From Paraglomus brasilianum (lineage: Eukaryota), in contig CAJVPI010000065.1 of the NCBI GenBank assembly GCA_910592345.1, forward strand, positions 1 to 62,149: a DNA stretch of 62,149 nucleotides. Reading direction: 5' to 3'. Position 1 is the stretch's first letter. Every line of letters starts with the position of its first letter. Positions 22,991-37,284 of the stretch are shown piece after piece. The position numbers and the translations under genes were made by a program. Under the pieces are notes generated by a model. It did no database searches, was not told the DNA's origin, and saw only the letters and a program-made list of their open reading frames with translations.

Positions 22991-25900
22991 ATGTCACAAA
23001 AAATAAAAATAGCAACGGAATTTATTAGTATTGGCTGTAACAAAGTAGCCCAAGTAGCAGCGTGGGCAAAGAATGGATTGGTGGCATATGGCGCGAACAA
23101 TTTTGTTGCACTGTACTATCCTACGGTGAGTAACACGATTGCGGAGTGATTAGTTTCGCTTAGATATTCTGAATTATATCATGTTAATCAATTAGAATCC
23201 AGAAGCGAGAGGCGTCGTAGTAACGTTATCTGGGCACACTGCATGTGTCAATTGTGTCGATTTCATTAACAGAGGTAGGGGTAGTAAATAACAACAAATA
23301 TTAACCTGCGATCAACGAATTATCTCATCCAATTATTAACCATAACATAGGTGACGAAAGAGAACAAACAAACGTTGCAATAGTCTCTGGATCCGCAGAT
23401 AAAACCGCGCGAATCTGGAAGAAAACTTCTACCGGGAGGGTAATCTGCTTTTTCTTGAAGATCTATCCTCACAATTGTATTTTAGTGTCTTCTTTTTTTT
23501 TCCTCACCGGCGAGATTCAGAAAATAAAGATTTTATTTATTGTCGTATATATTTTTAGTACGTTAGTTCGGCCGTATTACTAGGACATTCTGGTTCGATA
23601 AACACACTTGGTGTCGTTCGTGCCCGATCTATACTGACTGGACGCGATATTGTGGCTACTGGATCAGCTGACGGTACTATTAAGATATGGGAACGAACGA
23701 TCGAAAATGAAACAGAAGGTTTGTGCAAACAATGTTTATATGAGCGTATTAATATCAAATTCATATTTGGTTTTATTGTGTGGGATATACGGCGAATCCA
23801 TACCGTTTGGAATCTGTAGATAAGGTTGAATGCTTGCAGACAATCGACTGTGAGACTAAGTATCCGCTGGCTTTGGCAATTACTTACTTGCCCAATACTC
23901 AAGGTAGATACATCTCACAAACTGATTTATGGAATGTACATCATATTTAACGTTGGGATCATATCCAGTTCCCATCTTAGCAGCTGGAGGCACAGAAAGA
24001 CGCGTTGTATTGTATATCATGGTTGACGGAAAGGTACAAACATATGTATTCGATAATGGATAACTATCTGGTCTATCATTTTGGGTCTCCATCATCCGCT
24101 TATTTCCTCGATTCGTGACTAGTTTGTAGAGTCAATTTCACTCCAAGGACATGAAAACTGGATCCGATCTCTCTCTTTTGCATCCACCGCGTCTTCTATT
24201 TCAGCTTCTACTGAGTCACCGAAGAATGTGTATGCCATATGCGACGGGGATCTTCTGCTCGCCAGTGCATCGCAGGATAAATATGTGAGGTTATGGAAGA
24301 TTTCCCGTATTGGTGAAGAAATGAACGGCGAAGATAAAACGACGGGGGAATATGCGACGGAGAAAGGCGGCGATTACGTAAAGAAGGAAAACGACAGTGG
24401 GATATTGACAGATGACATTATTTCTGCTTTACAGGAGAGCGCGTTGTAAAGTATCATTACATAATTACGTTGCATTATGTGAAAATGGGGAATATTTGAC
24501 ACAGTTATTGTTCTGTAGATCAGATGATAAGGTACAGCTAAGTACCCGTGCTCATATTATCGAGGTTGACGTGTCTAGACAGGCAGATGAGACCAAGAGG
24601 TTCATAGATTGAACGTCTTCTAGAGTCGGTGTACCGGAAGCATATGTTATACTGAAATTATTTTAATTACTATAGGAGACAACGATATAGCATAATGTTC
24701 GAGGCTTTGCTCATGGGCCATGATGATTGGGTTTACAGTGTTGATTGGCAACCTGCGCGCTTCATAAAAGGTATTTAATCGCTATCATTTTGATTCCACA
24801 ATCAAACTAATAACTCATTCTAAAATACTTTAACATCCTTTCAATAAGACGCGACCAATAATTTAGTCTATCATCAGCCACTCTGCCTACTAACCTCTTC
24901 ATCAGACAAATCTATGATGATCTGGAAACCAGAACCTGACACTGGAATATGGGTTAATTCGGTATGATCCCATGTATCTCGCGCTTTGTACCCTTGCCAA
25001 TTGATCTGAACGCTGAAAGCATAAGATGAAATGTAATTAGGTTCGAGTTGGGGAGATTGGTGGTTATGCCCTTGGACTCTATGGCGGGTTATTTGGACCC
25101 GATGGAAAGCATATTTTAGCACACGGACATACTGGAGCTTTCCATTTATGGAAGATGATTACTGAGAATGAAGGTTGATACGGGATATTGAGATCGCAAG
25201 TTTACATATTCACTAGAATCTATTATTTATTTATTTGTATCCCAACGATCTATTTCACAAGATAATCAACATTGGCGACCGCAGATATCAATAAGCGGTC
25301 ATTTCAAAGCTGTTCAGAGTATCACTTGGGACCCCCTGTTTCGATTTCTTGTTTCCGTCAGGTATTCCTGCAAAGCTCACTCTGTCCTGTATTAGTTTAT
25401 CACACTACTAACATTCTTCGAACTAGCCTTGATCAGACTGCAAGACTATATGCACCCTGGCGACGGAACACAGACGAGGGCAAGCAGCTAATGACTTGGC
25501 ATGAGATCGCCAGACCACAAATTCATGGTTATGATATTCAGTGTATCAGTTTTGTAGACGAGTGGAAATATGTTAGCGGATCTGATGAGAAGGTAAGAAC
25601 GGCAAACAAATACTGAGATAAATTATAAGCGACATATGAGTTTTGGCTAATCGAAATTTATTATTTTTAGGTTATTCGTGCATTCAGTGCACCAAAGACT
25701 TTTGTGGAATCTCTATCTAAGCTCACAAATTCTCTCAGCACAAACAAGGAAGCGGTGGGTATACAATGTCACCCATGACATTGCTACTTTTAATTCTCTT
25801 TACTGACCCGTCTCACTTCTTCTCTCATATCAGTCGTCATCTCGCCCGATAGGAGCAAATCTCCCAGCATTGGGCCTGTCCAACAAGGCGGTCTTCGAAT

Positions 25901-27263
25901 CAGACATCGAGAAGTTGGAAAACGAAGAATTTCTCAATCGACAGAGCTACGCAAATCCCTCCGCAACACCCAGTTCTTTAACCGAGACTATGGAACGACC
26001 ACCATTCGAGGAGCATCTGTTGCAGCATACGCTTTGGCCTGAAATTTATAAGCTGTAAGTGAATATGACGTGCAGAACGACGTTTTGCTGGGGTACAAAG
26101 TCATAGTAGTAAATAACTGTCATATTACTACTGTTTGCACATGGGCGTAGATATGGGCATGGTTATGAGTTGATCAGTGTTGCTAGCAGCCATAACGGAA
26201 AGATTGTTGCCTCTTCTTGTAAGGTTAGTTGTAGCAGATCCTGACAAAGTTTTCATCACCAACTTCGTACTAAACCGATCTTCATCTTCTTCTTATCGAA
26301 GGCAACAACGCCAGAGCATGCAGTAATACGTCTTTTCGACACCGCAACATGGAAAGAGATTCTCAATCCATTACAATCTCACTCTCTAACTGTAACCCAA
26401 ATACAATTCTCACATAGTGATAGATACTTGTTAACAGTATCCCGTGATAGAATGTGGTCGTTGTTCGAGAGATGTGAAGCAGGTAGTTATGCGACACATA
26501 ATGACGTTTACCGTTGTCCGTACGTACAATAAGTGTTATCGATTGTTCAAATAGTTCCTCCATACAAATTGGTCACAAAGAACAAAGCACACGCACGGAT
26601 AATATGGGATTGTTCATGGAGTCATGATGACCTATTGTTTGCTACTGGATCCAGAGACAAGAGCGTGAGTAGGCAATATATCTTACGTATTGAATTATCA
26701 TCTCCTCATTTTTCGATTTTCCTTCATTTAATAGGTGAAAATCTGGCGTCAAGTTGAAAACAAAGATTCTAGCTCGTGGTCTGCGGTGACTACTTTGAAG
26801 TTTGCCGAGGCAGTAACTGCTTTGGATTTTGCTGGATGTCTCATCAATGGATGGTGAGCAATTGGAATAGAAGTTTGGATAATGAGCAAGATTATTACTT
26901 TAATTACATGATACGTTATTCCTACAGTTGTTATTGTCTAACTCGAGTCATTTGTTCATATTCAGTTATATCTTGGCAGCTGGACTTGAGAATGGGGATA
27001 TCCTCTTGTATCAATCGAAATTATCAGATGCATCTAAATGGACATGTTTGCATGCAGTAGAGAAGTAGTAAGTTCATGATAATTGAAGTACATTGCCCGT
27101 AGAACACTGCTTACTCATTCTCTTCCTTAGTTTATCGCATATTTCAACTGTCACTCGACTCGTGTGGCGGAAACCGCAAAATAACGATGTGGGCACACTA
27201 CAACTAGCAAGTTGTGCTACAGATCATTCCGTACGGCTTTTTAATGTCATATACGAACAGTAG
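22991..27263 (+). CDS. ELP2: Elongator complex subunit 2 (WD40 repeats), many introns
   Basis: [101 protein letters not shown] and AHARIIWDCSW; stop at 27261-27263. Confidence 0.96.
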
Positions 27264-27547
27264 AGAAGCACTTTTCAAAGTAAAGGGTACTAATTGTGAT
27301 AATATGTTGATGTGAAAGAAATTATATTTGGTCCCTAATATCACATAATAAATGACATTGACATGCTCTGAGTAATGGTGTATTTTCTGATTCACGGGTA
27401 ACAATTACAAATAAGTTTAATCCACATCAGCTGCGTTTCTTTAAAAACGGATATAAATAAGTTCACTGAAACTTCTGTTATGAAACCAACTTGCGCGCAG
27501 TCTCACTTCTTTCTCTCACTTCAATTGACGCTAGGGAGCCATCAATG

Positions 27548-27769
27548 TCATATCTTAAAGCCTAAATTTCTCATACACGTCTTATGTGCCTCAATCAGAT
27601 CTTTACAATTCTCCTCGCCTTTATGGAATATGCATTCATCTCTTGCTCTCTTCGTATCGGGACACGCACAGCATGGTTTTAGTCCAGGTGATGGTTGCGT
27701 TAAGGGAGAGGTAGCTGAGGTTGTCGAAGAGGCCGTGGAAGAGCTTGAGAGTTCTTTTTGTGACGCCAT
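27548..27769 (-). CDS. COX17: Cytochrome c oxidase copper chaperone Cox17
   Basis: [41 protein letters not shown] (CC motif plus twin CX9C); ATG at 27769. Confidence 0.96.
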   Translation of the reverse strand: MASQKELSSSSTASSTTSATSPLTQPSPGLKPCCACPDTKRARDECIFHKGEENCKDLIEAHKTCMRNLGFKI

Positions 27770-29279
27770 ATCATGAGCGAAAAGGTTAAAACTAGTTTTT
27801 TTCACGCGATCGACGGAGGTTGGATATTTTTCGCCGATCCTTTCCAAAGATTAATTCTTGTGTATGTGAGCAAATTTTGTTAGTCAGCAAATGGACAAAT
27901 GGAGCACAGACATTCAAAAATGATTGACCACAAAGAAGGAAATATATGCGTGGCTTACCATCAGAGCATTGGCCTGACCATCACCTTATGTTAGCGATGA
28001 ATTTATTTTATTTATTTTAATATTACTTATACTGTACCAAAAATAAAGGAGAAATGCCTATGCCTTTCTCAAAATCACGTGTTAGTTCATTTTCGACGTC
28101 TGACGCGTGACGTAATTTAACAAAAAAATTTCGCTGATACTGTATAATTATGTTCGTTTCTCGTTTCTCTAAAACAGAATCCATAAATACAGTATGTCTA
28201 GCATGTCCATATTGTAAATGATACCAATGACCTTAAATGCGTAAAGGAACCTAAGTTGAAAGTCAGTGCATATTATAAAATTATCGTTCATGAGTCAGCT
28301 TGATGAGAAAATGGAAACACAGTGAGGCCGCTACTCAGTTCCCAAATATAGACACTGTTATTCATACTCCGAATAAGCATCAAATGTATAACGAGGAAGC
28401 TATTCGGTGAGTCCATATATTCGGAATAAGCATCTAATTTGGAGCACATCAATTTGATTACTTTATTCTACGTGTATATCAGCTATCTTGATGCAATCTT
28501 TGCAATAACCGAGTTCACGTCTATGTGGACAAAAATTGAGAGCTATCTTGAAAAATGCTTTGAAAGTAAGTTCTCATGGTTTTACTTAGAGAACTCCTTG
28601 CCCTGTATGTGGTAAGGAGCATAAAGAATCGATAAGAAAGTGCATATTCTTCTGAGAAAATCTATATCCTACGGTGTTCAAAGCATCTCCAACCGAAATT
28701 GTTAAGTTGCAAAAAAATCTACTGCAGTCAGCATAAATATACTTTCTTCGTTAAATGTGAAATAGGACCATAATGTGAAAAGTGCCGGCGAGAAATAACC
28801 CTTTTTTTCTCACGATTCGAAAGAGAAATACACGAACAGGCCCGCCTTCTCAAAGTCAGAAGAAAAAAGGCAGTCAATGATTAAGACTGTGAGTAATATG
28901 GCTAGTGTGGCGAGTAGGTCCAAATATATCCAGGGTAAACAAAAAAATAGTCACACGCTGCCAAAATAGGCAATCATATAATTATCGTAAAGACATCAAA
29001 TATAAAGAAAAGCTTTCGCTGTTATCGTTGTTGTGAAGAAAAGACTAACGTTACTTTGTAGTCACGTCGAAATAAAGTCTTACGCATCAGATAAAGGAAA
29101 TACGTTACATTGTACTTACGCATTGAATAAGAAAACGTTAGTTTTACATTTACGCGCTGTAACATTTCAAAAGTCAATATCTTTGCAGTGACTTCGTAAT
29201 CGTACCCGCTATGTAGTTAATCTAGTTTTGTAGTATCTTGTGACTTTGTTCTTGTATTAGAAATTCGCGTTCTTTATTA

Positions 29280-31020
29280 ACATGTCATTGTGTTTGTACT
29301 GTGTGCAGCGTAATAAAATTGTTATAAAAGATCTGGGGTTTCAAAATTCGAAACACGTTAAATTATTGCAATATTTGAATTGTTCTGTTAACAAAATCGA
29401 AAGATTACTATTAATCGAACAGTCGAACGCACGAAATCCAATCTTATATCCTTCAATCACACTTAAACACAGCTTATTCAAAAAATGGTTTCTTCAGCGG
29501 TGTTTTCGACAATATACAAAGCAAACTGTGCTCTCGTTGTACAACGATCGGGGAATTTATACGATTCCATGCATGGAAGCCGAGTAAAGGAATTCATTAT
29601 ATGCAATAATTGTTCAGAAAAAAAAAAGGGAAAAAGACCTTTGAGATCTAATGAAGACAATGAATATGCTCTTGATGAAAACAGCGATCTGGAAGAAGAA
29701 ATCAATATAATGAAGACAAGGTTATATACGAATTGGCCGAATTAGATATTTTACGAACATCGAAGAAAACACGGAAGTAAATTTCTCAGAAACCTTCGAA
29801 CTTGAAGATGAATTAATTGATAATTTCAATAACGATTGCGATACTATGGGAGAAGACAAATTTCGTAATACAATCTATTTTTTTCTCTTACCGATTGAAG
29901 CTGGATCTTGCTATTACTGTTATTGGGAGATTAGAAAAATTTATTGTCGTAAAAATAATACTGGACAAGCAACAGTATATCTTGGTTGCGCTCAAAGAAT
30001 GGATCGAAAATCTATACGTCCAGACAATCGACCGACGAAGAAGCAAGACCTCCGATTGAAAGATATCCGTGTAATGGAAAGATTGCTATTACTATTGATA
30101 TCAACATACGTCAAGCAAAAGTTAAGATCAAGAATTTAATAACCCTTCTACTTCAGATACATCAACCATTTTAGCTCATACACTCATATGTTTACTTGGT
30201 CTGGTTTTGTTGCAGTGTGCCCAATGTTAAAGACTGAAGGAGACGATGAAAACAAGCTCCGTTTATATCGCGAAAAAATTTGTATGTCTTGTAGATGTTT
30301 TTCCAAACCTTTCAAGAAAAATCGGGGAGAGAAAATATGTCATACAAAATTTATCTTCACTATTTAAATTTTACGAAACGACATTTGGAAATATAACTAT
30401 TGACTGGATAGAATCTCACTCCTATTAGCGAAAATGATGAAATTAAAATTTCAACCAATACTGAAAGGTGTCCGATTATATAATGACAAAAAAGTATGGC
30501 ACATGGAAGTTGCCGGACCACCATCATCGCCAACAAAAGACCATGCAGTCGGTGACACCAAGAAATTATTATAATGTTCACTATCGGTAGATTTATTTTT
30601 TTAAAAAAAATGAGAACTTCACGTTATTGATCGGTATTGTATTTGATCGTTAGATTATCGAATTACATTATATTCTCTTAGTATGTCGGATAATGCTTCC
30701 TTTTTGGCATCCGAGCTAGCTTCTGCCATAATTCCTTTTTATTTGAAGGTAGATCAAAATACAAAAGAGTTCTTTGTCTTATGACACTTTTTCACGTAAG
30801 TAGTAATGCAGGTGCATTTCTTATTATTTCTATATCACTTAAAGATACTTTTCTCCAGGATGAGTTTATGAAACAACTTACAATTATGCAAGAACTTGAT
30901 TTTATGATTAACCAAAATGAAGAAGTTACAGTTCGGATGCTTAAAAATTCACGGACTATTACAACGAAGGCAATATTCATAATTAATACAAAAGTTACGA
31001 AATTGTTGTTAATTCGGTAA
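29280..31020 (+). mobile_element. Degenerate transposon-derived coding relic, probably Mutator-like (MULE/FAR1-type)
   Basis: Fragmented frames with CNNCSEKKK, IEAGS.YYWEIRKIY, ATVYLGCAQRMDR and RPPIERYPCNGKIAITIDI, many stops and frameshifts, AT-rich. Family assignment is from recall of similar fungal TE proteins. Confidence 0.45.
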
Positions 31021-31633
31021 ATCAGTCATAATATAGTAATCGCAAATACTATCACAACAGCATCAATGCAAGAGGATTTGTCGTCTTCTACATCCCCCTA
31101 TGTTAGAACAGAAGCAACGATAGTTTATTATTCGTCTAGACACGTGAACGGAGACAGTTGCAGGCATTTATAATAAATGTTACATTACCCTTGTCACTGG
31201 AGGCGCGTATAACCGCCTGCGAAAAACCAGTCCGACAATTATTATAAAAGGGCATTTGATTCTATCTTAACAATTCCAAACATGTATATGATAATTTTCA
31301 GTCTGTACTTACTATTTTAGAAATCTTGGAAGTAAGAGAAAACACGGGGTTAACAGTCTTAGTGTTAACTATATTAATATCAAGAACCGGAAATTTATCC
31401 TTAATTCCCATTCGTGCGATGGCGTATTCTCAGACATTTAAGGAAGGTAATACAAACTCGTTTGTAGAAGTTCACTAACTCATGTGACGAACATTATTTC
31501 CCTTTTGAAAAAAAATTTTTTTTTTCTCATCAAGCTACGGAGTGGAGGAAAAGTAACCTCAACTGATTTTCTTATTTAATTTGAAAAACCTATCAGCTTT
31601 GTTCACGTTCCTAGTGTCGACTTCATAAGAGGC

Positions 31634-33971
31634 ATGACTAGTGTGAATAAAGTGCCTCGTGGCGACAAAGAGGCTGTTCTTGAAGCGCGGAAAAGAGAAT
31701 TAGAATTTACAACCACATATATAGAGAATGCTGTCATTAAGCAGAAGCAGGTAACTATTGAAGTGTATATACCAAACTGGTTTTCTAGTAAACAAGTTGC
31801 AATGCATGCATATAAGACAGATAAAACTGGCAAATAGTTAAATTTATACACTATCATTGATTAGGGAAAGAACGAAGACTATGAGACAATAGTACAAACT
31901 TTGAGAAATAAGCCGGAAACTGCATCGCAATTGCGTAGATTTCACTTGTGGATTTTAGCACTGTCGAGAGTGGCTCCAACATTGTCTCGATCGTCGTTTA
32001 AACTAGTTGACGCTGTGTTATCTATTGATTGGACTGGGTTCGATGACATGTTGGCGCATGTTTATACGATGTTTTTAGGGAATTTGGCAACAGGACATCC
32101 TGCATTCCTGAAGCCTGTGTTACGAATGCTGGTAAAAGGTCTCTTATTACGTAAGTCATCTAATTAAATGTTTGAATGCGTGATCTATTGGGCAATGGAT
32201 CGATTGGTTGAGATATACTAACTGCACTGTCTGTATATTTGTACTGAAGAAACGGAAAGAGATCTCCACTCAACGTCGATTGAGAAAAGACATGAACGAG
32301 TACACCATGCATTAAAATACGTGCTGTCAACACGTCCGACTGCATCACTGAATTTTGTTCCAATACTGTCAAGCGAATTTCCTCATAAAAGCGAGCCACT
32401 TGATGCTCAGGTGGTGTATGTACAGAATCTTCTACGACTTTTGGCATATGCTCCACATCTGGAAAGTCAGCTTCTTGAGAAAACAATACAGAGGATTATC
32501 GAAATTGATGTAAGCTGTTGTCAAGAATAATACAAAGATGGTCCTCGATGTTATATCTGTGTTTGGCATGCATAAATGGTTGACTGATTTGCTTATTATT
32601 TTCTTATTAAGGTTGAAATACAAGGAAGACTCGAAGACCTAGAGGAACTAGAAGATGAGATGGAACTATATGTAGCAGAATTAAATTCAACAACAGTTGA
32701 TCAGACAATAAAAGTTATTAAAAAAGATGGTAGCATTAAGGAAGTGTCTATCAATGATACCAGCAAAGATATAACGAAATCATATCCTGAGAATAATGAT
32801 ATGGATGAGGATGATGATAATGTAAAGGAAATATCGTACGATATAAAAGAAATGATGGAAAAACTGGACTGTATGATCAAATTAGTGCTTGATTATATGC
32901 ATTGGCACTACAAAGATGCAACAGCAGCAAATGACTTTGCAACCTCAAAACAGCTGCTAGCAATTCTTCTTAATATCTATGAAAAATTTATTCTCAGAAC
33001 ATTCAAGTCCCGATATACTCAATTCATAATATTTTGGTACACTGGGAAAAGCTTGTCCTTTGCTCGTGAATATTTAGATCTTCTTCACAATATAATATCT
33101 TCATCTGATCCAACTCTGCATCCAGTGCCTATAAGAGTAGCTGCTGCATTGTATCTCGGATCTTATGTGGCACGAGCAAAGTATTTGGATGGAGATACCG
33201 TAAGAAGATCAATTGGGTTTCTCTCGAAGTGGTTGAAGGAATATGTGAAGGTGAACGAGTTGACCGCAAATGAGCCCGATAAAGTGGCAAATAGCGTGTT
33301 TTATGCTGTTGTACAGGCGACTATGTATGTATTTTGTTTTCGGTGGAAAGATTTGATGGTAGATATTGTTTGTAAGGATGGTATTACGAGACGGAGATGG
33401 TGCAGTGAGTTGACACCGTTCCCTCATGTGCTTGCTTCCGCGTACAAACCACTTGAGGTAAGACTTGAGTAATATTTTGAAAATGATAGACCAAGTTGAT
33501 GCATTAACAATACGTTAAGAGAGCAATACTTATTATTGCAAGCATAGTTGATACACTAATTATGTTTGTCTGTTTTGTTTGTTAATAGCTTGTCTTTTTT
33601 TAATTCTATTACTAAAATCGCAAATCTTCTTCATTCCACATGTTTCATATCAGATCTGTTCCAGAAATATAGTAAAACAATTTGCTCGCATAACCAATGC
33701 ACTTGACTTTATGTTTGTCTACGGTCTGATGAGTGACTATGGCGAGTCTTTACTATCTTCAGATGGAAACGACGAATGGAGAAAGGACGATAATTTCTCT
33801 ACGAATTTGGATGAATTTTTATTCTTTCCATTTGATCCGTTTCGATTAAAAAACTCTCAGCCTTACTTGGAAGGGATATATCAATACTGGGAGGAGATTG
33901 ACGGGGATGAGGAATTGGAAGAGGATTGGTTGACCGAGGAGATGGTTTTGGATAATGTTGTCGAATGGTGA
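31634..33971 (+). CDS. RRN3: RNA polymerase I transcription initiation factor Rrn3 (TIF-IA), 5 exons
   Basis: LVDAVLSIDW, EFPHKS, QRIIEIDVEIQ, MMEKLDCMI, ILRTFKSRYTQFIIFW, RVAAALYLGSYVARAKYL, FYAVVQATMYVFCFRW and FFPFDPFRL. Confidence 0.93.
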
Positions 33972-35007
33972 GCAGTATAGAAACTGGGAGGGTGCGGAAG
34001 TTAATATCAAGATCAATCCAGCGCGGTCACCACCAGCTAACAAGGTGACGAGCAATTACACAGTAATTCGAGTCTCTCGAAATGGAGGGAGAAAGGGTAT
34101 CGTGAAGAAAAAAGTTTGGTGTATGAATTATGTAATAGATGGACTTTAAGCTAAAAGTATTAGTACCAAAAAATTTTTTTGTTTAATTCATAAAAGCCAT
34201 TGTAAAAATGTACTTGTATTAAAGAATTTCTTAAGAGATTACGGCAGGTTTTCTCTATAGACAATAAGTTATGAGCAGGTGGAAAAGCAGCGATGAAAGA
34301 AAAATTGCCGCCTTCTAGCAATGTATTACGTGAAAGTCATTGCACCTTTAGCATTTGTTTGCAACTAATAAAGAATGCAAATCACCAGATGAAAGTCATG
34401 AATCGATCACAATTAATTGTACCATACGCAGATATACAAAATCAATATACAGTATATGTTCTGAACCAGATCGCAATTAGATATCGTTTATTGGAGTGAT
34501 ATTTAGACAACGCCCTATATCGAATTGGGTCAGAACATTAATGTCCAATTTTATACTATTTATCTCTCGCTTTTCTAGAACTGTCCGAAGTTTCACAGAC
34601 ATTAATGTATATAAAAAGCTATTTCTTTTGGACTTCCAAGTTTGATGTCTTTTGTCGTCTTCTTTCGCAAAGCCCCCTTGTGGAGGGAAGGATGTCCTAC
34701 AGTAGACACATAGGGTGTCCTATTTATTCTAGTATTAAGTACAATGTATGCTCTCATACATGATAGTATACACGTTCTGCGGTGCGTATTACCGATTAAT
34801 AGAACGAGCGAGCACGTTTGATTGTCGGACATAGTATCAAGCGTACTTCTCGAACATGGATATTTTATTTATCACCACCCATTATTTCTCAGAGCGTAAT
34901 GCAGGGGCTGATAGATTCGATAATACTAACATAATTACAGTCCGCTCAGATGGTATATATCTCTACATATGCGCCATTACATTATAATGAGCTGCAACAA
35001 AAGACTT

Positions 35008-37284
35008 TCAATAACTTTCTTGGCTAGTCAACACATTTATAGACATACTTCTTCCTCTAACCCTCTCACCGCCACTATTCTCTAAACTCTCTCGCGCAAC
35101 ACTAATAGATGAACGTCTTTCTCTACGATGTCCTTCGATTACATTCTTCTCATTTTGCAAGTGCATCGATAATCCAATAGACACACTTCTCAAAATTTCG
35201 TTCAATAACGATCGCTTATGTGATGCATCATTAATTGGACTTGAATGAGGGGGCGACGAAGATGACGGAGGATAGGAAGAGGTTGATTGTTCGTCGTCAG
35301 AGAGACATTGATTGGACAAAAAATTCGACTCGTCTGGTGAGGAATCCGTTTCATCTTCATTGTATGGTACTCCAAGGTACGAACTGGTTCTGCCGAGTGA
35401 ACTACGTAAATATCTCCCAGCTGCAGAAAGGATTGGATCATCCTGGTTGGCCATTTCTCTTTCATCCGAACTATTCCCATTTGTTTCATCGGCATCATTC
35501 TTTCGACGTCGTTTCCTGATGTTCCGGTGCTTCTCCTCTTTTTTTTCGGTCTTGCTCTCCGATGGTTTACCATTCCTTTGACTTTTAAGCAGAATGTCCA
35601 ATACAATATCAATTGCCAGTATAATCGAAGAAAGAATAGAGACTAACCATGGGTGTACGTTTGAGGAGGACATTCTTCGTGTCTGAGTGTTGGGAGGTGT
35701 AATAGCAGATAAAGAATGTTGCTTCCGCTTAGATGGGGACACGATGGCCACCGTCGCATCACTGTTTAATAAGTAAGTAGTATCTCTCCAGTCGACGGTG
35801 GATCCTGCAATTGAATATAGATATAATGGTAATGCGGTAATCTCCCTTATAGCCCACGCCATGATGAATCCGCGTATATCCTCCACTTCAACTATTCTCT
35901 TGCTCAATGCTTGAAATAGTGCCAGATCGAACATGAACCAAGTAATAAGGTGAAATGCAAAGAAGTTGAGCGGGTGGATGTTCCAGAGTAAATTGAATCC
36001 GTAAGCTGAGCATAGTCCACACACGATCGACTCTGTGAATGGTTCGACGACAGTAGCAGCGGTGACAGTGTATTTACGTATTCTCGTCCATCGTGACCTT
36101 CTCATGAAATAATCTATGGATGATGTTGACCCGAGCGGTTGATATGCTAGGTCACCTGTCATTGCATGTTTATATCCCATTCTCCACAATTCTCTTGCCA
36201 ACAAATTATCTTCGGCCATATATTTCCCAAAATATTTTAGTCCGCCTACTTTCTCTAAATCACTCTTTCGGTATACACATGACTTCCCAACTACACAACT
36301 ATCTGGACCTATGAAGTTGATTGATAGGTACATCTTCGCATGCATAGTGTTGAGAAATATCATCTCTAATTCAGACCCAAATGTATCCGGGCGAACAGCA
36401 AATGGCAGATGATGCACTAGACCAACATTAGGCTGATTGAGTTTATCAATTGAACGGCTTAAGCATCCCGGATCAACATAGACGTTAGAGTCTTTTACCC
36501 AGAGAATGTCATATTTAGCTGATTCATAACTACGTATTATGTTATTTATCTTTGGATTCACACCAACTCTCCGTTCGCCTAATTAAGAAGGAGGTAATAA
36601 CGAGATTCAGATAAGGGGATTATGAGTACATGCGTTTGTTGAAAGCCTGTGGTATATTATAGAATCAAACGCGATGTTTGTAACTCGCAAATACAAACCT
36701 ATTGTCAGTCTAGCATCCACTTTCGGATATTTCTTTATTAAGTCTTTTACTATTTTGATTGCAGGATCGTTTTCATCCGCAACCGAGAATATTATCTCAA
36801 ATTTTGGGTAGTCCTGACGGAATGAAGATGCAAGGTTCTCGTACAAATTACAATCCAATCCTTTCAATGGCCGTATTATCGATACACCCTCCGTCTTATC
36901 GGGGGGCAGTTGTGACGATTTAGAACGTTCAAGTTTAGAGTAGCAACACCAACTGAAAAGATAAAATAAAAGTTGTTTGATACAAAATCAGTGAGCAAAC
37001 ATTCGTTGTTTTTACCCCATTTGTCCAATTACACTTTCAATTCGTCACCAGCAATAAACAACCCAAGCCTATTAATTCAAACATTCACATGTTTCTCTCT
37101 TATCTACATGAACCGCAAATTTGCACCAATATACTCACGCAATTGATAATCCAAGTGTAGCAAACCCCATCATAAAACACCACCATGCAATCGATAAGAC
37201 CATAAAAAAGATTTGCGTTCTCGAGTATGAGCTCCATAATTCTGTTTGCATATGTTCACTTGCGAAGAGAGTGTGTGAATCCAT
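35008..37284 (-). CDS. GCS1: Ceramide glucosyltransferase (glucosylceramide synthase, GT21), 3 exons, long C-terminal extension
   Basis: N-terminal TM segment, GVSIIRPLKGLD.NLYENL, FRQDYPKFEIIFSV, VGVNPKINN, YMAEDNLLA, RRSRWTRIRKY and EPFTES. Confidence 0.93.

Noticed and set aside
28500..28700. CPVCGKEH zinc-knuckle-like fragment
   Set aside because: Too short and surrounded by stops to call a gene.
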